A program made the position numbers and the translations under genes. A stretch of DNA of 64,000 bases, taken from Bacteroidales bacterium. GTDB taxonomy: Bacteria; Bacteroidota; Bacteroidia; Bacteroidales; VadinHA17. Location: positions 6,001-70,000 of the forward strand of contig JAVEZS010000008.1 of NCBI GenBank assembly GCA_034002885.1, read 5' to 3'. The notes beneath the pieces are model-generated. The model saw nothing but the letters and a program-made list of their open reading frames with translations, had not been told where the DNA came from and did no database searches. Positions 28,569 to 37,424 of this stretch are shown here, piece by piece (position 1 is the stretch's first letter; every line of letters starts with the position of its first letter).

Positions 28569-29878
28569 TCTGTTAGCCGGTTTAAAGTGTTGATGGTCCT
28601 GACTCCCACTACCCTGTCGTATCTCCCACGGGGATTCCGGTAGTATATCAGAACCGTGTAATCATTCTCTGTCTCGTAGTGGCTTCCCTCAAAACTGTTG
28701 GCTATTCCCTCGGTACTGCCATCCTTCATGAAAACAAATTCATAATTGTACCAGCCCTGCTTAAGCATCATAATACATTCGTAAGCCTTTGACTCAGGAT
28801 TATAAACCATCAGGTTGTTGCTGTTGAACTCCCAGTTGTTCAGAGCACCGGAGACGTACATCTTTCCGCCTGCCAGAGGTGCAGATGCCGGGAGACTGAA
28901 ATAAACATACAAATAGTCGGCATCGGTCGAGGGATTCTTTTCTTCCTGAACCGCCACATAAAACTTACCATTGAAATCCTCATTGTAGAAATAGGGCCTG
29001 TATTCCCTGTTTTCACCCGGAGCGAGGTAAACATGGTAGTTTCCCATCAGATAGTCTATTTTTCTGACATATTGCGACTGGTATCTTATGCTTCTTATAT
29101 CAAAATATCTGAATTCATTTCCCCCGGCGAAGATATTTTTGTCAGTAAGAGAACTGTATTTCAGTTCATTGTTGCTGAAAAATTCCGGTTTTAGGTTCTT
29201 TCTGGCATTATCCCACCGGCCGTTCTGAAGTATGAAAGCGTAAATGTCGCCATAGGGATTGTCTATTCTTACCGGAGGCAGCTTTACAGTGAAATCTATC
29301 TGCTGGTGCGTGTCAATCGTTGCAGCCATCCTCGACCTGTGTGCAGAAATACTGACCCCTGCTGTTTCTTCAGAAATTACGAATCTTTGGGAAAGGACAG
29401 GATTATCAGGTTCACCCATGGGGAAGACAACTATTACATAGTTACCCGATATTTTAAGCCGCACCCTTTCATTGGGAAAGCTTACCTGATAATGGACATA
29501 ATTGACTGTGGTGTTGAACGAAAGACTGTAATCCTCCACAGGATTTTCGGGAAAACCCTCCATATAATCATTTGTGAAGATGTCGGATTTGTTCCAGTCC
29601 TTGTCGCAGTGAATAAAAGTGTAGTAATAATTCTCTATATCGTCGCCCAGAAGGTCGAAATTCAGAATAAGCTTTTCGTTCCCTCCGACAGTAAGAACCG
29701 GGTAAGAAAGATTCCATCCTTCCCTGTAAAGCTGGACTGTCCTTACCTTTTCATTGAAAATGTGATTGGTAAGTACAAGTGATCCGGCTTCCTGTGAGAA
29801 AGCACTTCCGGCATTTAGGAAAACCGCACTCAATAGAGATAAAAGCATTCCGTTGCGTTTTGTCGCTAAGGTAAGCAT
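28565..29878 (-). CDS. DUF5103-like secreted protein (family of the T9SS translocon plug protein)
   Basis: Signal peptide, then VRTVQLYREGWNLSYPVLTVGG...ILNFDLLGDD..NYYYTFIHCDKDWNKS, recalled as the signature of the DUF5103/T9SS plug family; 437 aa. The family assignment is from memory only. Confidence 0.55.
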   Translation of the reverse strand: MLTLATKRNGMLLSLLSAVFLNAGSAFSQEAGSLVLTNHIFNEKVRTVQLYREGWNLSYPVLTVGGNEKLILNFDLLGDDIENYYYTFIHCDKDWNKSDIFTNDYMEGFPENPVEDYSLSFNTTVNYVHYQVSFPNERVRLKISGNYVIVVFPMGEPDNPVLSQRFVISEETAGVSISAHRSRMAATIDTHQQIDFTVKLPPVRIDNPYGDIYAFILQNGRWDNARKNLKPEFFSNNELKYSSLTDKNIFAGGNEFRYFDIRSIRYQSQYVRKIDYLMGNYHVYLAPGENREYRPYFYNEDFNGKFYVAVQEEKNPSTDADYLYVYFSLPASAPLAGGKMYVSGALNNWEFNSNNLMVYNPESKAYECIMMLKQGWYNYEFVFMKDGSTEGIANSFEGSHYETENDYTVLIYYRNPRGRYDRVVGVRTINTLNRLTD

Positions 29879-29935
29879 AGTGCAAATTTATTTCATCATT
29901 TTTAGCATTTTTCAAAAACTTTGCCAAGCTATTTA

Positions 29936-29943
29936 TACATTTG
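29936..29943 (+). promoter_or_regulatory. Candidate -7 promoter box (TACATTTG) upstream of nqrA
   Basis: Exact TAnnTTTG match 64 nt upstream of the nqrA ATG. No well-spaced -33 TTTG was seen. Confidence 0.3.
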
Positions 29944-30006
29944 CAGATACTGTTATTTTTATAACAGAAATCTGATCCAGAAGAATTATTAACTGATCCT
30001 TTTAAT

Positions 30007-31359
30007 ATGTCGAGAACTGTTAAGCTAAAAAAAGGATTTGATATCCGGTTGGAGGGAGTTGCCGAAAAAAAGCTTGCCGGAACTGTCAATCCGGTTCTTT
30101 ACGGAGTCAAACCGATCGATTTTCCCGGTCTTGTTCCAAAACTGGAAGTCAGCGCCGGAGATACAGTCGATGCAGGAACCCCTCTTTTTCACGACAAGCT
30201 GAGGCCGGCAGTCAAATTCACATCTCCGGTAAGCGGAAAAGTGATCTCTGTTAACAGGGGTGAACGCAGGCAGATACTGGAGGTTGTGGTTGAAAGCGAA
30301 GGAAACAGGTTCTGTCAATTCGGTAAGTCTGACCCTGTAAGCCTCACGGATGTCGTGATAAAAGAAAAGATCCTGCTATCGGGCCTCTGGCCGGCAATAC
30401 GGCAGAGACCGTATCATGTTGTCGCAAATCCCGACGACAGCCCGAAATCTATTTTTATTTCAGGTTTCGATACGGCACCGCTGGCTCCTGACTATAACTT
30501 CATTGTTGAGAATTCAAATGTTTCCTGGCTGAAGACCGGAATAAAGGCTCTTTCCAGGCTTACTACCGGCAAAATAAACCTTGCCCTGAAGGCAGGAATT
30601 GACGGAAACCACACCCTTGAAGCTCTTGATGGTGTCGTCGTGACATACTTTTCGGGCCCTCATCCTGCAGGAAATGTCGGGATTCAGGTCCATCATGTCG
30701 ATCCTGTCAACAAAGGCGAAACAGTCTGGTACATAAATCTACAGGATGTTGTTGCCCTGGGCCGTTTGTTTGAAGAAGGCGTTTACCGGCCTGAAAGGAT
30801 AATTGCTCTAACAGGTTCCGAGGTGATCGCTCCCCAATATTTCAGAATGATCTCCGGCGGATCTCTTAAACCTCTCGCCGATGGGAAAGTGAAGCAGGGA
30901 AAGCTGAGATACATCAGCGGGAATGTCCTTACAGGAAGAAGAACAGACCCTGGAGGATTTCTGGGATTCTACGATTCTCAGATCACCGTGATCCCGGAGG
31001 GCGACTATTCAGAATTCTTTGGGTGGGCAGTACCAGGAGCAGGGAAGTTAAGCTTCTCGCGTACCTTCCTGTCGTCACTTTTGCCTAAAAAAGTTTTCAG
31101 ACCCGATACCAACCTTCACGGCGGTGAAAGGGCATTCGTCGTGACAGGTCTTTATGAGAAGGTTGTGCCAATGGATATTTACCCCATGCATCTTTTCAAG
31201 GCTATTCTGGCCGAAGACATAGATCTGATGGAAAACCTCGGTATTTATGAAGTTGCAGAAGAAGACTTTGCGCTTTGTGAATTTATCTGCCCTTCAAAGA
31301 TAGAAATACAATCGATTGTCAGGAAGGGACTTGACCTGATGAGAAACGAAATGAGTTAG
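30007..31359 (+). CDS. nqrA: Na+-translocating NADH:quinone oxidoreductase subunit A
   Basis: 450 aa, N-terminus KLKKGFDIRLEGVAE, first gene of a colinear nqrABCDEF set. Confidence 0.92.
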   Translation: MSRTVKLKKGFDIRLEGVAEKKLAGTVNPVLYGVKPIDFPGLVPKLEVSAGDTVDAGTPLFHDKLRPAVKFTSPVSGKVISVNRGERRQILEVVVESEGNRFCQFGKSDPVSLTDVVIKEKILLSGLWPAIRQRPYHVVANPDDSPKSIFISGFDTAPLAPDYNFIVENSNVSWLKTGIKALSRLTTGKINLALKAGIDGNHTLEALDGVVVTYFSGPHPAGNVGIQVHHVDPVNKGETVWYINLQDVVALGRLFEEGVYRPERIIALTGSEVIAPQYFRMISGGSLKPLADGKVKQGKLRYISGNVLTGRRTDPGGFLGFYDSQITVIPEGDYSEFFGWAVPGAGKLSFSRTFLSSLLPKKVFRPDTNLHGGERAFVVTGLYEKVVPMDIYPMHLFKAILAEDIDLMENLGIYEVAEEDFALCEFICPSKIEIQSIVRKGLDLMRNEMS

Positions 31360-31382
31360 TAACCTCTGATTATTCAATAATA

Positions 31383-32558
31383 ATGAATTTCCTAAGAGAA
31401 AAGCTTGACAAGCTGAAACCTCAATTTACCAAGGGTGGTAAGTTTGAGAAATTACAGTCGGTGTTCGAAGGCTTCGAGACCTTCATGTTTGTTCCCGACA
31501 AGGTGACTTTCAAGGGCTCCCATATCAGAGATTCGATCGACATGAAAAGAACTATGACGGTCGTTATCATTGCCCTTATTCCTGCCCTTCTTTTCGGCTG
31601 TTATAATACAGGCCTTCAGCACTTCAGATCGACCGGCATGGAACCGGCCCTGCTACAGGCTGCCTGGTACGGTTTCCTTCGAATTCTTCCACTGATAATT
31701 GTAAGTTATGTTGTGGGACTCGGAATAGAATTTATCGCGGCACAGATAAGAGGACATGAGATAAATGAGGGATACCTTGTTACAGGGCTCCTGATACCGC
31801 TTATTATGCCTGTTGATGTACCACTTTGGATGCTTGCCCTCGCGGTCGCCTTCTCGGTTATTCTTGGGAAAGAGGTTTTCGGAGGAACCGGCATGAACAT
31901 TTTTAACCCGGCTCTTCTGGCCCGTGCCTTCCTTTTCTTCAGCTACCCGGGCTGGATGACAGGCGATATGGTGTGGACCGACGGACTTCTTGCCGGGAAA
32001 AACATTGTCGATGGTTTCTCGGGAGCAACTCCCCTCGCACTTTCCGCTGCCGGCGAGATATCCAGACTTCCTTCATTCATGGAAATGTTTATCGGAACAA
32101 TTCCCGGATCTATTGGTGAAACATCCACTTTGGCAATCCTGATAGGTGCTGCCATCCTTGTAATTACTGGGGTGGGAAGCTGGAAGATAATGCTGGGCGT
32201 TTTCGGCGGAGGCCTCTCAATGGGATTGCTTCTTAATGCATTATCCACAAATTCCTATATGGAGCTTCCTTTTTACTACCATTTTGTAATGGGAGGATTT
32301 GCCTTTGGAGCTGTCTTTATGGCCACTGATCCTGTTTCCGGCTCACAGACAGAGAAAGGCAAATGGATTTATGGTTTCCTGATAGGTGTTTTTTCAGTGA
32401 TTCTGAGGGTCCTTAATCCGGCATACCCCGAAGGCGTGATGCTTGCGATTCTGCTTATGAACGTATTTGCTCCGCTTATTGATTATTATGTAGTTCAGTC
32501 GAATATTAAGAGAAGACTGAAAAGAGCTAAAGTTGCACTTAATACCGGCGTAAAATGA
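31383..32558 (+). CDS. nqrB: Na+-translocating NADH:quinone oxidoreductase subunit B
   Basis: Polytopic membrane protein with the FMN-attachment region GFSGATPL and MATDPVSG; operon position. Confidence 0.92.
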   Translation: MNFLREKLDKLKPQFTKGGKFEKLQSVFEGFETFMFVPDKVTFKGSHIRDSIDMKRTMTVVIIALIPALLFGCYNTGLQHFRSTGMEPALLQAAWYGFLRILPLIIVSYVVGLGIEFIAAQIRGHEINEGYLVTGLLIPLIMPVDVPLWMLALAVAFSVILGKEVFGGTGMNIFNPALLARAFLFFSYPGWMTGDMVWTDGLLAGKNIVDGFSGATPLALSAAGEISRLPSFMEMFIGTIPGSIGETSTLAILIGAAILVITGVGSWKIMLGVFGGGLSMGLLLNALSTNSYMELPFYYHFVMGGFAFGAVFMATDPVSGSQTEKGKWIYGFLIGVFSVILRVLNPAYPEGVMLAILLMNVFAPLIDYYVVQSNIKRRLKRAKVALNTGVK

Positions 32559-33256
32559 AACACTTCAGTAACAGATATATCTTCATATTCTCGGCAATAA
32601 TGGTTGTTGTGGTGGCGACCCTTCTGTCGCTGGCCGCAACCCTTCTTCAGCCGGCCCAGGCGAAAAACCTTGAGATCGAAAAGAAGAGCAACATGCTCGA
32701 ATCGATAAACATTGAGGCAACTCCTGCAAATGCCGAAGAACTTTACAGTAAGTATATAAATGAAGGTTTTGTTCTAAACTCAAGTGGAGAACCAGTTGAA
32801 GGCGTAGACGCTTTTACAGTGGTGCTGAGGAACGAACAGAGAAAGAAACCCGAACAGCAGGCACTGCCTGTTTTCAGGGCAACGGCCGGTGATGGCGAGA
32901 ATTTGATAATAATCCCGGTCGAGGGGAAGGGACTCTGGGGACCTATTTTCGGTTATGTTTCCCTCAAATCGGATATGAACACCATCTACGGTGTTAATTT
33001 CGATCACAAGGGAGAAACTCCTGGACTTGGAGCGGAAATAAACACTTCGGATTTCGAAAGTCAGTTCAGAGGCAAGAAACTATTCGATGACAATGATTTC
33101 ATCTCCGTTCAGGTCGTCAAGGGTGGCGCCCGGGAAGGAGATATTCATGGTGTCGATGCAATTTCCGGTGGAACAATAACCAGCAAGGGTCTTGAGAAAA
33201 TGATCTTCGACTGCCTTAAAAAATATAACGGATACCTTCTAAAAAACAGAATCTAA
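32555..33256 (+). CDS. nqrC: Na+-translocating NADH:quinone oxidoreductase subunit C
   Basis: Single N-terminal TM and the FMN-binding motif GVDAISGGTITS; start overlaps the nqrB stop. Confidence 0.9.
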   Translation: MKHFSNRYIFIFSAIMVVVVATLLSLAATLLQPAQAKNLEIEKKSNMLESINIEATPANAEELYSKYINEGFVLNSSGEPVEGVDAFTVVLRNEQRKKPEQQALPVFRATAGDGENLIIIPVEGKGLWGPIFGYVSLKSDMNTIYGVNFDHKGETPGLGAEINTSDFESQFRGKKLFDDNDFISVQVVKGGAREGDIHGVDAISGGTITSKGLEKMIFDCLKKYNGYLLKNRI

Positions 33257-33259
33257 GAT

Positions 33260-33913
33260 ATGGACAACCAGGAAAAAGAGCCGATCTTCTCGGCCAAAAA
33301 CTTGAAGCTGCTGACCGGACCACTGGGAAAGAACAATCCAATTACTGTTCAGGTTCTCGGTATCTGCTCAGCATTGGCTGTTACAGTGAAACTTAAACCG
33401 GCATTTGTTATGGCCCTTTCAGTTACCATTGTTATAGCCGTTTCAAACGTTGTTATTGCAGCCCTCAGGAAGTATATCCCCGACAGAATAAGGATAATAG
33501 TACAGCTGGTTGTGATCGCAACCCTTGTTATCCTTGTCGACCAGGTTCTGAAAGCCTACCTTTTCGATGTGAGCAAGCAACTTTCGGTTTTTGTCGGACT
33601 TATAATAACAAACTGCATCATAATGGGAAGGCTCGAGGCATTTGCGCTCGCAAATAAACCATGGCCTTCATTTCTTGACGGACTCGGAAACGGAGCCGGA
33701 TACGGAATCATCCTTATCGTAGTGGCGTTCTTCAGAGAGTTGCTGGGATCCGGAACTATTTTCGGCTATCCTGTTCTTGAGAAACTGGGATTGTACAGTA
33801 CCGGCTATGAAAATAACGGAATGGTAATCCTTCCTCCCATGGCTCTGATTTTTGTCGGCCTGATAATATGGTTCCACAGGAGCCGCGACAAAAGCCTTGT
33901 TGAAAAACAATAA
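33260..33913 (+). CDS. nqrD: Na+-translocating NADH:quinone oxidoreductase subunit D
   Basis: 217-aa polytopic membrane protein ([18 protein letters not shown]; ITNCIIMGR). Confidence 0.9.
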   Translation: MDNQEKEPIFSAKNLKLLTGPLGKNNPITVQVLGICSALAVTVKLKPAFVMALSVTIVIAVSNVVIAALRKYIPDRIRIIVQLVVIATLVILVDQVLKAYLFDVSKQLSVFVGLIITNCIIMGRLEAFALANKPWPSFLDGLGNGAGYGIILIVVAFFRELLGSGTIFGYPVLEKLGLYSTGYENNGMVILPPMALIFVGLIIWFHRSRDKSLVEKQ

Positions 33914-33924
33914 TACAGGATACT

Positions 33925-34542
33925 ATGGAAAATCTTCTGAATATATTCGTAAAGTCAATTTTTGTCGAGAATATGATCTTCGCCTTTTTTCTGGGCATGT
34001 GTTCATATCTCGCTGTCTCTAAAACAGTAAAGACCTCGATGGGGCTGGGTATTGCGGTTATCTTCGTTCTTGTGATCACCGTTCCGGTTAACTTCCTTAT
34101 AGAGAAATATCTCCTAAAAAAAGGAGCCTTGATCTGGCTTGGTTCCGGCTTCGCCGATGTCGACCTGAGCTTTCTGACATTCATGGTATTTATCGCTGTT
34201 ATTGCCGCAATGGTTCAGCTTGTTGAAATGATTGTAGAGAAATTCAGTCCCGCTCTTTACAACTCACTTGGGATATTCCTTCCTCTGATAGCAGTTAACT
34301 GTGCCATTCTTGGTGCGTCTCTCTTCATGCAGGAAAGGGAGTACGCCAACCTTGCCGAAGCTGCCGTCTTCGGAGCAGGGTCAGGAGTGGGCTGGCTCCT
34401 GGCAATAGTCGGAATAGCTGCAATACGTGAAAAGATGAAATACAGCAATGTGCCCGATCCGCTGAAAGGACTGGGCATAACATTTATTCTGACAGGATTG
34501 ATGGCAATAGCTTTTATGGGATTCATGGGTATTCAACTCTAA
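33925..34542 (+). CDS. nqrE: Na+-translocating NADH:quinone oxidoreductase subunit E
   Basis: 205-aa polytopic membrane protein ([10 protein letters not shown]; IAVNCAILG). Confidence 0.9.
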   Translation: MENLLNIFVKSIFVENMIFAFFLGMCSYLAVSKTVKTSMGLGIAVIFVLVITVPVNFLIEKYLLKKGALIWLGSGFADVDLSFLTFMVFIAVIAAMVQLVEMIVEKFSPALYNSLGIFLPLIAVNCAILGASLFMQEREYANLAEAAVFGAGSGVGWLLAIVGIAAIREKMKYSNVPDPLKGLGITFILTGLMAIAFMGFMGIQL

Positions 34543-34553
34543 GATAAATTATT

Positions 34554-35810
34554 ATGGTTCTTGTAATTACCACTTTAGGCACTCTTTTGTACAGTATCAT
34601 AGTCTTTCTAGTGATTATTTTAATCCTGGTGGCATTGCTTCTCTTTGCCAGGGACAAGCTAAGCCCGAAAGGCGATGTACATCTTCATATCAATAACGAC
34701 CGGGTAATAACTGTTTCGCCCGGATCAAGCCTCCTGTCAACCCTGTCGTCGAACGGGATATTTCTTCCTTCAGCATGCGGAGGAGGAGGAACATGCGGGA
34801 TGTGCAAATGTCAGATCCTCGAAGGGGGAGGAGCCATACTTCCAACAGAAACAGGCTTCTTCACGAGGAAGGAACAACAAAACAACTGGCGCCTTGGATG
34901 CCAGGTCAAGGTGAGAGAAGATCTGAAGATTGCACTGCCTGAAGCAGTTCTGGGTATCAAAAAGTGGGAATGCGAAGTGGTTTCCAACCGGAACGTGGCA
35001 ACCTTTATTAAGGAATTTGTAGTTAAACTACCAGACGGAGAAGCTCTCGATTTTGAACCCGGAGGTTATATCCAGATTGATGTCCCCAGATATGAAGTCA
35101 GCTACAGGGATTTTATTATTGAAGATGAGTTCAGGCCCGACTGGGATAAATACAACATGTGGACCCTCACCGGTAAAAATTCTGCCGAGACTTTCCGTGC
35201 CTATTCAATGGCCAACTATCCTGCCGAGAAAAACCTTATAAAACTGAATATCAGGATAGCCACACCGCCATGGGATAATACGAAAAAACAATTCAGGAAT
35301 GTTCCTGCAGGGATCTGTTCTTCATATATATTCTCGATGAAAAAGGGAGATAAGGTGATGATCTCAGGACCATACGGCGAGTTCCATATCAAACCTACCG
35401 GAAACGAAATGGTCTATATAGGAGGAGGCGCCGGCATGGCTCCTCTCAGATCCCATATATTCCATCTTTTTCACACACTGAAGACCAACCGGAAGGTGAC
35501 TTACTGGTACGGGGCGCGTTCACTTCGCGAGATATTCTATGAAGACGAATTCAGAGCCATCGAGAAGGAGTTCCCAAATTTCAGGTTCAACATAGCACTG
35601 TCCGAACCTCTTCCCGAAGACAACTGGACAGGCCTTACAGGATTCATTCACAAGGTGCTTCTCGATAATTACCTTAGCAAACATGATACACCCGAAGATA
35701 TCGAATACTATTTCTGCGGACCTCCGGTAATGAATAGCGCTGTCCTGAATATGCTCGATAGCCTGGGTGTGCCCAAAGAGAATATAGCCTTTGATGATTT
35801 CGGGGGCTGA
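34554..35810 (+). CDS. nqrF: Na+-translocating NADH:quinone oxidoreductase subunit F
   Basis: N-terminal TM, 2Fe-2S motif [19 protein letters not shown]-binding RAYSMAN and GGGAGMAP. Confidence 0.93.
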   Translation: MVLVITTLGTLLYSIIVFLVIILILVALLLFARDKLSPKGDVHLHINNDRVITVSPGSSLLSTLSSNGIFLPSACGGGGTCGMCKCQILEGGGAILPTETGFFTRKEQQNNWRLGCQVKVREDLKIALPEAVLGIKKWECEVVSNRNVATFIKEFVVKLPDGEALDFEPGGYIQIDVPRYEVSYRDFIIEDEFRPDWDKYNMWTLTGKNSAETFRAYSMANYPAEKNLIKLNIRIATPPWDNTKKQFRNVPAGICSSYIFSMKKGDKVMISGPYGEFHIKPTGNEMVYIGGGAGMAPLRSHIFHLFHTLKTNRKVTYWYGARSLREIFYEDEFRAIEKEFPNFRFNIALSEPLPEDNWTGLTGFIHKVLLDNYLSKHDTPEDIEYYFCGPPVMNSAVLNMLDSLGVPKENIAFDDFGG

Positions 35811-35867
35811 GAAAACTCTCCATTTTCCCTGGCGGTCAGAATGGTACCGGTCGTGTTTGTATGAAAG

Positions 35868-36920
35868 ATGAAAAGAATGCCTGTTGGAATGAAGAATTTG
35901 TATAAAAACCCTGTTCTGTATTCATACCTGCTCGTAACTCTGCTGGTGATATTCTCATGCAGCAGGACAATATCGTATGATAATTTTGCCGGTTTTGCCC
36001 AGGGAACAACCTACAGCATGGTGTTCGAAAATGACGGAAGCCTTGATCCTGAAGAGATCAGGGCCGACGTGGAAAAGATATTAAGAGACTTTGATCTTTC
36101 TCTTTCACTTTATGTCGATTCATCAGTTCTGTGCAGGGTTAACAGAAACGAAGATGTCGTCGTTGACCGTTATTTTACTGAGGCATTCGAAAAGTCTGTT
36201 AAGATTTCGGCTATTACAGAGGGAGCATTCGACATAACCGTCGGCCCTCTTGTGAAAGCCTGGGGTTTCGGCCCTGACGAGCAAAGGAATTTCATGGAAG
36301 ACAGGCGAGATTCATTGCTGAGGCTGGTGGGAATGGATAAGGTCAGGCTTGAGAATGGAAGGGTGATAAAGAGCGATCCTGGTATAGTTCTCGATCTGAA
36401 CGCCATAGCACAGGGATACTCCGTCGATGTTATTGCTGAATATTTTAACAGCCGAAGGATCAGAACGTACCTTGTTGAAATAGGAGGGGAGGTGAGAACC
36501 AGGGGTGATAAGCAGGGTGTGCCGTGGAGGATAGGTATCGACCGGCCAGAAGAAAATAACAACATACCGGGAAGCGACCTCCAGGCTATTATCAATCTTA
36601 AGAACAGATCACTTGCTACCTCAGGAAACTACAGAAAGTTTTATGTTGAGGACGGCATAAAATATTCACACACTATCGACCCCAGAACAGGATATCCTGC
36701 CAGGAACAAGCTACTGAGCGCTACGGTTATAGCCTCCGATTGCGCAACAGCCGACGGTATTGCAACTGCCTGTATGGTTTTCGGAATGGAAAAAACACTC
36801 GAGTTTCTGAAACTGCATAATGAATTCGATGCCTTCCTGGTATATTCCGACGAAGAAGGAAAATTCCGGACATGGTCAACCGATAACCTGAAAAAATCTG
36901 TTTCAGAACAGGGATACTGA
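35868..36920 (+). CDS. apbE: FAD:protein FMN transferase
   Basis: Lipoprotein-like N-terminus (LLVIFSCS), FAQGTTYSMVF, AIAQGYSVD, ADGIATA motifs; directly after nqrF. Confidence 0.88.
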   Translation: MKRMPVGMKNLYKNPVLYSYLLVTLLVIFSCSRTISYDNFAGFAQGTTYSMVFENDGSLDPEEIRADVEKILRDFDLSLSLYVDSSVLCRVNRNEDVVVDRYFTEAFEKSVKISAITEGAFDITVGPLVKAWGFGPDEQRNFMEDRRDSLLRLVGMDKVRLENGRVIKSDPGIVLDLNAIAQGYSVDVIAEYFNSRRIRTYLVEIGGEVRTRGDKQGVPWRIGIDRPEENNNIPGSDLQAIINLKNRSLATSGNYRKFYVEDGIKYSHTIDPRTGYPARNKLLSATVIASDCATADGIATACMVFGMEKTLEFLKLHNEFDAFLVYSDEEGKFRTWSTDNLKKSVSEQGY

Positions 36921-36972
36921 AATCTTCCTCCCGCAGAAGCTGTAACTGATAAATCCCATGATTGATTAATAT

Positions 36973-37245
36973 CTACTGCCTGACTTTTGCTGATTCCACA
37001 TGACCGGAACCACCTAAATCATCATAGCTGCTTCCGCAGGCTGGGCATCCTTTAAAATCGCCCGCAGGGGTGCATCCGGTATTTGTGCTCCTGGCACATG
37101 TGATCCCCCTCTTACGCATCTCTTTGTTATGACCAACATGGGTGTCGGGGAAACGTCCGTTACGTTTCAGGAGGATCCTTATTCCAAGAAATATAATGGC
37201 AGTAAGGATGAGTGTAATTGATAATATCAGCAGTTTGATAAACAT
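36973..37245 (-). CDS. Small single-pass membrane protein with a 4-Cys C-terminal segment (function unknown)
   Basis: 90 aa. N-terminal TM MFIKLLILSITLILTAIIFLGI, then FPDTHVGHNKEMRKRGITC-x7-C-x9-C-x2-C. Convergent with apbE across a 52-nt gap. Confidence 0.55.
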   Translation of the reverse strand: MFIKLLILSITLILTAIIFLGIRILLKRNGRFPDTHVGHNKEMRKRGITCARSTNTGCTPAGDFKGCPACGSSYDDLGGSGHVESAKVRQ

Positions 37246-37424
37246 GATGTTCTTCAGCTATGATTGGTTCAGGGATCGATCCGGCATTCAGATTCCGGCT
37301 GAAAGTTGAAGGATCCCTTAATTTTTAGTGCAATTTAGGTATAATCTTCAATTATATATCGTAAATTAAACAACACCACGATTAGTTTGTTTACCTTCTG
37401 TCAGAATAAAAAAACATAATTGTA

